A DNA stretch of 63,036 nucleotides, counting the filler, from Syncephalis fuscata S228 (lineage: Eukaryota; Fungi; Zoopagomycota): NCBI GenBank assembly GCA_025786725.1. It is 3 parts of 3 records of this genome, joined end to end, with 100 filler letters (N's around TTAATTAATTAA, not from the genome) between each part and the next. Parts side by side here need not be neighbours in the genome. Positions count along the whole stretch, not along the records: positions 28,247 to 57,006 come from JAHLTZ010000097.1; positions 57,107 to 63,036 come from JAHLTZ010000331.1; 1 more part is not named here. One strand, 5' to 3'. Positions 54,644 through 63,036 of the stretch are shown piece by piece. A program made the translations under genes and the position numbers. The first letter of the stretch is position 1; the number at the start of each line of letters is the position of its first letter. A model generated the notes under the pieces. That model was not told the DNA's origin, did no database searches, and saw nothing but the letters and a program-made list of their open reading frames with translations.

Positions 54644-56219
54644 AGTTTCTGGCTTTTTAGTTAGTGCTAATATACGTACGACAGTATTAAGCTACTAACG
54701 CATGTACTAAGTATTACATATAGCGTTATCTGCGCCAATGGCCATCAATTTTTGTATTAAAAATTACCGTAATATATAGCTGCGCAATCAATTATACACA
54801 TACTTTGTTATAATATTAATGTTTGTTTACAGGCTGTTTATGTATTCCTTCTATTGTTAGTATTGATATGTTAATCATTTTACATATATTATAGCTATGT
54901 ATAATGGCAACTTGTATGCTACTAATGTGCTGTTTACAATGCATCAATGCGTGACTACTACACAGCAATACGATGGCCATGGTATAAACAGCGCACATCG
55001 CCATGTACGAGTGTATTGTGTGCTATACATGCCGCTAATATAAACGCCAACGTCATCAACAACGTTAATGTACTTTAATTCATGAATGTTATATGTACTA
55101 GCCATTAACATACAATGGCCTAATATTATTAATCAACTCATTGCAAACTATACGCAGTTATTTATACACTATATAATGATACATCAACATGTAGCAAACA
55201 TAATGGCCACTGTACTAAACAATGGATGATCCAGTTGCACATACGTATAGTCAGCTATATACACACAAATGACCATACGTTGTAATAATAACACCAGTGT
55301 TACAGCAATTTACTGATGTATCATTACATGGAACTGCGACAATTGCATTGACTACATTGTATATACTAATGGTGTTAACAACAGTAGCCATTATGCTTGT
55401 TTATATATATATTACAATGATGGATTGATTGCAATGTTGTATTGTAGTCATTGGCGTCTGTAGTATAGCAATGATTGCTGCTGATGTACATATTGTGCAC
55501 TACATTAACCATACAATACACTTAGTAAGCGTTATTTTTATTTAGCTAATGAATTAATGTTACAAGGCACACTAATGATATACAGCTGTTATCCATGATG
55601 ATTGTATACTTAATTCTACTATCATTTGCAAGAGTTACACGACATGTTATACATGGAAATGAGTTGTATTAATGTATTTAATAATATGTAGATAGTCATT
55701 AGTCAGTTTAGCCATAATTGCTGAAGCTGATGTTGCAGAATTTGCAATATAGTACTACGTATTTATCATGTCATTAAAGCTGCAGGTTGCTATGCAATGC
55801 TATTTATGCTGGCAAATTACGTATAAGTGATCTATTGCATTGACCAACAACAGCACTGGCACACTGACTGCTAATTGGCGTGACATAGTCACGACTGGCC
55901 ATTAATGTTAGTATCATTTGCGTCACTAGACATTAGCGTGTCATGCATGGTCAATGCATTAACACAGCATTTATAGGTGCTAGTCTTAACAAGTAATATG
56001 ATTAACTAATATACAGCAATATATTACCGCTGATGGATATGCAATTGTACACACAATGTTAACAATTGGCACAGTTGGTATGATCATGCAATAGCTAGCA
56101 CCATTATTTTTGGATGTATCCAGCATATACACTATTAAGCATTTGTGCATCGCCTAGCACCAATGTTTTAATACACAATCATATATTATTAATAACATCA
56201 ATACACTAACCATAATATC

Positions 56220-57006
56220 GGTGACATTATTTAACCAATTGACTGATTAATTAACTATCAAACGAATTATTAACTAACTAGTTGATTGACCAATGTTAGC
56301 TGGCTATTACTCTTAGCTAAACTAGTTGACAAGTATTGAATAGCAATCATTACTAATTAACTAAATTAATTGATTAATTATTAAACAACAATTATTATTA
56401 ACTAGTTAGCTAATTAACAAGTATTAAACACCAAGTACTATTGACTAGAATAATTAATTAACTATTAAACAACTGTCATTATTAGGCAATTAGGCAATTA
56501 ACTAATATTAAATATACTATTGATAACTAATTAATTACTAGTATTAGATAAATTATTGCTAACTAATTATTAAACACCAATTATTAATAATTAATTATAT
56601 TTTATTTATCTGTCCAATCTACAGAGCAAAACTTTTAGCAACTAACTTTTCAGATCGATCTGAAAAACCACTTTATTAATTAATTAACTATTAGCTAATA
56701 TTAAACAAATTATTGTTAACTAAAGGTAATTGACTAATCTTAGCTGGCCATTACTATTTATTAACTAGGTTAATTAATTTACTAGTGCTAGACAACAATC
56801 GCTATTAACTAGTTAACCAATTGACAAGTATTAAACGGCAATCACTATTAATCGACTAGAATAATTGATTAATTAACCAACTAATTAACTAGTATTAAGT
56901 GCACTATTAACATCAACTATTACCTGAATTACTATTAGCTGGCTATTAATATTAATTAACTAATATTAAATAAATTATTAACTAACTATTAACTGGATTA
57001 CTATTA
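56220..57006. repeat. AT-rich low-complexity, satellite-like tract at contig end
   Basis: Dense ttaattaacta/actag words; tagctggc(t/c)atta three times, ttgacaagtatt twice. Confidence 0.7.
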
Positions 57007-57106
57007 NNNNNNNNNNNNNNNNNNNNNNNNNNNNNNNNNNNNNNNNNNNNTTAATTAATTAANNNNNNNNNNNNNNNNNNNNNNNNNNNNNNNNNNNNNN
57101 NNNNNN
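57007..57106. other. Artificial contig linker
   Basis: N44-TTAATTAATTAA-N44. Confidence 0.97.
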
Positions 57107-59000
57107 ATTTATTGTGTCTGTTGCATACGAATTAATCGCTGCGGAGTTTTAAGGACCAAAACTTTATTACGCTTGTAGAGGATGTCGAGGAAATTACTGG
57201 GCCATTGTTAACAGGAATCAGGGAAGTTGGTACGGGCCACAGGACATTGATTCCGAAGTAAAATCACGAGTGGTAGAACGCGTCAAGCTCGAATTCCTTG
57301 CACGAATGCTCTTCCTTCAGTATCTCCTGGAAAACAACCCTGATTTAAAGCCGCAGCAGTTCTTCCATGAGCAGATTACTGCAGGTAGCTTGACTATCGG
57401 CGAGCTAGTTAGCAAGCTGCGGAAATACGACAACTACACAATCCAAGCCATGCTTAATAAAGTCCAAACCAAGCTTCGGTCCCATTTATCTTCCAAAAAA
57501 CTTGGAATGGTAATTGCTCTGGATGAAGCTCAGGTTGCGGTGACTAGGATCTTATCCAATAAGCTTATTTCTCCGTCCGCTTTGATCAAGAACAAAGATA
57601 CCCTTTTTGATGACAAGAATCAAATACAACCTCGCTTCCGCCGCGGCTTTCTTACGCTTTTATCAGCTACTCTGCGCAATATGCAGGCGACACTGGTAAT
57701 ACTAGGCACAGCAACCTCATTGCAGGATACCGAACATGTGTACTCGGCCATCGCCAAACAAACCAATTTTTTGAGGATAACGAACTTTCCGAGCTTCGAT
57801 GAAGGCGATGTGAGCAGGCTATACTCGGATCTAATCGACATGTCAGGCTGTGAAATTCCGCCTGCCAAACTCCGCCTGCTAACAGGACGACCTCGATTTT
57901 CCATTTTCGTCATCAACCGTCTCGCCGCGTTTCGCGCTTTTCAAGACTCTAAACAAGCTACTTTGGAGCACGCTATTTACAAGTCGATTGAGTATACGAT
58001 GAGTGGTCTTCGGGCCATGATACACACCATTCTTGACAACGATCAAACAGGCGAGGCAACTCGGCTTCTCTCTCGGATGGTAATGGCTTATCATCTTCAC
58101 GGTGGCAAAGTATCCTTCTTGAGCAAGGGCCAGTTTGACTTTGTGGACAAGGCTCTGTGCAAACTACGATTACATTACGGTAACATTCACTTGGTCATGG
58201 ACGAGCCAATAGTTGTTGAGACAGTGCAGGAAGAGCTAAAGGCTTCAGACAAGAATCCGGTGTTCTTGGAGCACCTAAATCAGATGTACCAGGTTGTCAC
58301 CAACTTTGGCATCACTTCAGCTTCAAAAAGAGATGCGTTGGGGCCACTTGTTCGTCAATCACTTCAACGCTTCAATGGCTACCGTCTTGTTGGTCTTCCT
58401 TTTCTTCAAGGCGTCACATTGCCCGCCTGGTGCAACAATCTCCAGCTCCAAATTGATGAGATTAACACAGCCAACGGATTTGGATACACCGACAGTGGTG
58501 TCCGTGCAGATCTCGCCTTCCTCACCGAATGTCCTCCGAACAAGATGCTTATTGCCAATAATGGCACATGTCCGGACGGAGTCTGGTTTTTTTCTGACAA
58601 ACGTTACGCCGGCTCTCTTGCGATCAAGCTCCGCAGCGACCGTCTGAAGCAGTCCACCCACGAATCAAACGAAACTTCCAGCAATATTCGAAGTTGCTTT
58701 TTGAAACAGAGTCGTGCCAACGTGATTCAATCACTGGCAGACATTCGACATGACTTTGAGGCTTCGGGTACTTCGTCCAACCTCAGGGGCATCCTCCGCA
58801 TCCATCTCGAATTCCCTGGCGTCCAGGACGGTAATCCAGTTACCTATGTCAAAAAGGACCCTGCGACTGGTATTGAGGATGTAATGGTGTATATAGACCT
58901 TTCAAACCTGGACGATTTTTTTTTCGAGGGCATCGCAGAAAACAAGGACGATATGGTCAAATTGAAAAAGCTGATCAAATTCGTCTCCATCTCAGAGTAA
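57107..59000 (+). CDS. 5'-truncated Crinkler/RHS-type P-loop NTPase + PD-(D/E)xK-like nuclease protein
   Basis: Intronless ORF of at least 576 aa; Walker-B-like VIALDEAQ, LVILGT, LTGRPRF, C-terminal PDGVWF...SLAIK; N-terminus cut by contig start. Confidence 0.65.
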
Positions 59001-59169
59001 AGATCGTTTAGAAATAACACTACAATTTCTAATTCGAATTCTCTACTTTTTTGTCCATATGCCTTACGTTCTAGCGTTTCTTCATTGTTTTATACGACTT
59101 TCGAGCGCTGCCAGCTGTCCTACTGCAACGCGTGTTAGACGCGTCGAGACTAATTTTTCACGCCGTCAA

Positions 59170-59345
59170 CTGGTCATCGTATACATCCTACTTGTGGTAA
59201 ATACAACTCAAAAAACGCAATACAAAAATATGCTCTGTAAGGATTAGTACTAATAGTATTGAAACAGTAGTTGATGTCGAAATAAACGTTTTATTGAAGA
59301 GTAAATACAAATTACTAATGAAACAGCTATACGAAAAGAAAGCGT
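59170..59345 (+). mobile_element. Remnant of a MULE transposase 3' end
   Basis: Similar to 61230-61380 (caatacaa.aa.at..ctgtaa...tgaaaca; tttattgaa.ag.aa.tacaaattactaatgaaac.gctata). Confidence 0.65.
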
Positions 59346-59639
59346 ATTGTTATAAATAATAACATAACATGATGAACATGTATAAATATGGCAGTATTTA
59401 CTATCGATATATTTATACAGATACTGAGTGTAATATTATATGATAAAAACAAATAATGAAAAATGAATATACAACGTTAGGTAAAAGTATAAATGAATAC
59501 ATTTATTTAATAGTAGATATTATAGTGTACATTTGTAAATATATAAATAATTATTTAATGTAGTATAAAATTGGAAAATTAGAAAAATAGACAGTCGCTA
59601 AATTTAATTTTATTAATTTTATTTAATAAATAAAATCTG

Positions 59640-61380
59640 CCAAATATCTACTAAACTATCTAAAAAAGCTATATTTAACAGTATTAAAAAACTGAGAGCC
59701 GCTGTTGACGAGTTTAAGCTTGTTAGCGGCTGTGATTTTAATAGGAAAAATAGTGATTCAACAAGATTGCAGCTTATTTGTCCTCATAAAGACCGTTACA
59801 GCAACAAATATCAGTTTATTTTGACTGCCAGAAAGCAGAAAACTGGCCTAATAAAGATTATCCAGTGCAATATTAAACATTTTAATGGTTGTTCATATGA
59901 TTTGGCAATAATACTATTAAATCTATTATTAAGTCCATTACAAATGATGTTACTACACTTTCAAATATGAAATTAAAAGATGCACAAGTGAAAGTATTAA
60001 GTACATATTTAATTATTTAATATACACTAACAATTATATCAGCTATTTATTTATTAAAGATTACCTTGTCAAATTCAAACACTTTAATACTGACTCTGTT
60101 CAGCACTTTTTGCAAAACTAGTCTGGTAATTTTGAAAGAACATTTTTATGTCATTTGGCATTTATCAAAGCTTACCAGTATACTCGTAAAGTACTGGTAA
60201 TTGATAGCTGCCATTTAAGATATTCTTATAACGGTGTTACTCTTGCTGCAGTTGTTAAATATGGAAATAACAATATTTTTCCTTTGGTTGGTGCTATAAT
60301 ATCTCATGAAATAAAAACAACTGGGTTTATTTTTTTAAACATTTATTAGATTTGATACTTGAATTAAAAGAAAAAACCAAGCTATTGTTAGCGACAGAAA
60401 TAAAAAAATACATTCTTTGGTAAAAATTGTATTTCTCTTGGCGCGCCACTCTGCATGCATTGCTCATATCGAAAAAACAAATGCTGAATTTAAAACAAAG
60501 CTTTAACTAGTAAAGAGGTTGCTGCTATTTATATTTATTTAAATTACATTCAAAGTACTAATTTATTTTCTAGATTTAATGAAAATGATACGGTCATTAA
60601 ATGAGCCAGCCTATAACAATCTAATAAACTCAGCAAAAAACTGGGCTAGATTGTTTTTTAAATAGCCAAGATTCGGTTGAGTTTAGATTCATCAGAACCA
60701 TTGAACTCGTGGATGAATGATCCTTGGAACAAATCCCATTATCAGTTTTTCACTGGATTTGTCATTAAAGTTGGAACTTTATTAAATAGCCGTAGGATTA
60801 AGTATCCACAAGCTCAAGAATTGTTATCTAATAATACCCGATTGTTGTATAATTCAACGTTAACTGACGCCAATAATTATATAGTTGACAATTATTTGGA
60901 TACCAAATTTTAAGTTAAAGATACTAAGCCCGGTATTGTCAGAACAATATATTTAACTAAAAAACCTGCACGTATGGGTACTGGGAAGAAATAAAGCTTA
61001 TTTGTAGTCATGTAGCAATAATTTTGAAGAATCTTAAGCTTTTATTAAATAATTTTATTGATAAATCTTACACCATTGATTGTTTAAGCAAATTATCTGT
61101 TTCATATATTTGTCCGGTTGAAATAGAATCAATTACCGCAGATATTTTGTGTTTGCCACCGAAAATAACGAAAAAAGCCGGTAGACCAAGAGTTAAAAGA
61201 ATCAGATCTTGTGGTGAAGCTTTGGAAGCCTCGCAACGATATGCTTGTCGTAATTGTAGCTCAAAGGACACAATACAAGAACATACACTGTAAACGCTAG
61301 AATTAATAATGTTGAAACAAGCACCTTTATTGAATAGCAACTACAAATTACTAATGAAACGGCTATAAAAAAGAAAACAA
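59640..61380 (+). mobile_element. Degenerate Mutator-like (MULE/MuDR) transposase
   Basis: N-terminal NSDSTRLQLIC..FILTAR..IKH; MULE core VIDSCHL.YNGVTLAAV..GNNNIFPL, SDRNK, ACIAHI; SWIM-like C..CSH; PPK..KKAGRPRVKRI; CRNC zinc knuckle; stops and frameshifts. Confidence 0.88.
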
Positions 61381-61469
61381 GTCATTAAAGAATGTTTAAT
61401 TTGTAATGAACGCCATTAGAAAAAACAAAGTGTGGAGCAAATAAAGAATGATTTTATTAATTAATAAAT

Positions 61470-62690
61470 TTAATGAATTTTTAAGAAGAATTTATATGAT
61501 AAAATTAGAAACAATGTATGGCAAAGACTGCATATGAATAAATTGCAGACGCTTCGGGCTTTTCTAAAGAATTGTTCCAAATATGCATATGGCGGCTCGA
61601 GGGCAAGGGGGATTAAATAAGGCGTCGGCCACCAATGGCCTTCAGAGTCCATAAGAATATGGCGTGGAGAGGCGAAAGCCGTCCTGGAGATTGTAAGTAA
61701 TACGTACGCAAATGTACCAAGAAAAAGCAGGCGTGCTTGTTGGATATTGAAACAAGCGGGAAAATAAGAAATGGTAATTGATTTTTGTACAGCTGATGAA
61801 ATAATGTATTGTATTCATAAATGCTACATAGCAACGGAAGCTGGCAAAAAGGGGGAGACGAGAACTCAACCTAAAGCGACGACCAGGAGTATATTTGGAA
61901 AATCTATGTTGAAAGTTGGAAGTTGCGTAAGAGTTGTGTGTCCCAGGAAAGAGTGCACTTTATCCATCTTGGTGGAAGTGCAATTCGTTCAGTTCATTGT
62001 CCACCAAATTTAATTTTTTTAATTTTGCGCAGTTATCAAATTCAGCTCAAATAAGGTTACATTCTTGGGCATAAGCTTCTTTTAGTCTAGTCAAATTAAA
62101 GCAAAACAGCTGTTCTATCATATCCATATAACAATATAGCTTTTCTAGATTGGGAAAGTCTTTAACATTCAAAGCTCTAAGGTTATTGTTATTACAATAA
62201 AAAGTTTTCAATCCTTTGCAATTGGCTATCTCTAACTCTTTTAACCAATTAAAAAAAACATAGATGCGCTCTAATTTGGAAAAATTATTGAGTTTCAATG
62301 CTTCAATCTCGTTGTTGCAGCCTTGGATATTGACTAGATTAGGGCAATTCTCAATGATGACACCACTCAGTCCGCAGCCATCAAATTTAACAACCTTTAA
62401 GTTGGGACAATTTTTGATGACTAGTGTTTTGCCCTTTCATCCTTTATCATTGTCGTCCAAGCATATACAGTCTCCCTCTTATCCATCAGATTCATTTTGA
62501 ACAGCCTTTATGTTTTGATACTGCTCTTCTATTTATACTACATTTCTCTTTTGGTTCTTAATGATATCAGTAACCTCTTTCAAATAAGCTTCATAAGACC
62601 TGCGAACTTCGCCGGAGATACTACTATCTCTTCAAATACCTTTCTAACTTTTTTTGTAAATTTCGTTTTGTTCTACAATAATAATTGGTG
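61470..62690 (-). pseudogene. Leucine-rich-repeat protein pseudogene
   Basis: Repeats such as LEIANCKGLKTFYCNNNNL, LNVKDFPNLEKLYC and NCAKLKKLNLVDNEL, broken by stops and frameshifts. Confidence 0.65.
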
Positions 62691-63036
62691 ATATGATACA
62701 TAATCGTGAGCAATAGAGAAGAGAGCAAATTGTCAACCAACGCTCTATCTATAATATAGTTTTAGCATAAAACTGATGCTGCAGTACCAAGAATGTGCGA
62801 AAACCGACAGCCATGCCTAAAGTTAACACTGTAAGGCGAATATTGACTCATTAAAACAGCGTGGAACGGAAAAAGAGCCAGAATGAAATGCTCGAAACTT
62901 GATTCTTGAACAATGTTAAATGTTCACTTTGTCTGGTTTTATTGCAGTGCGCCTCATATTATTAAAATACAGTAACAAGTATAAACATATGTAAATGTAT
63001 AGAATATGAATAGAAATAATTTACATACTTTCTATT

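Overview
Eukaryotic, AT-rich sequence with many short (mostly about 45-70 nt) introns. It most likely comes from an early-diverging fungus; a Zoopagomycota/Syncephalis-like origin is an inference from gene style only. Two artificial N-TTAATTAATTAA-N linkers split the window into three contigs: 1-28146, 28247-57006 and 57107-63036. Contig 1 is gene-dense. It holds an FHA-like/Ser-Thr kinase, pyruvate carboxylase, Trp-tRNA synthetase, MIX17/CHCHD2, two multi-pass membrane proteins, and a four-copy tandem array of D-2-hydroxyacid dehydrogenases (glyoxylate-reductase-like, one copy a pseudogene). Contig 2 opens with the most striking structure, an 11.5-kb quasi-palindrome. Two near-identical 3.6-kb inverted arms, built from nested LTRs, solo LTRs and an RNase H-dUTPase fragment, enclose a 4.2-kb degenerate chromodomain Ty3/Gypsy gag-pol. 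Both inner junctions fall exactly on an LTR terminus. The rest of contig 2 has two divergent single-pass membrane protein genes, a tRNA-His, a 1.3-kb foldback and decayed AT-rich repeats. Contig 3 has an intronless Crinkler/RHS-type NTPase-nuclease gene, Mutator (MULE) transposase remnants and an LRR pseudogene.
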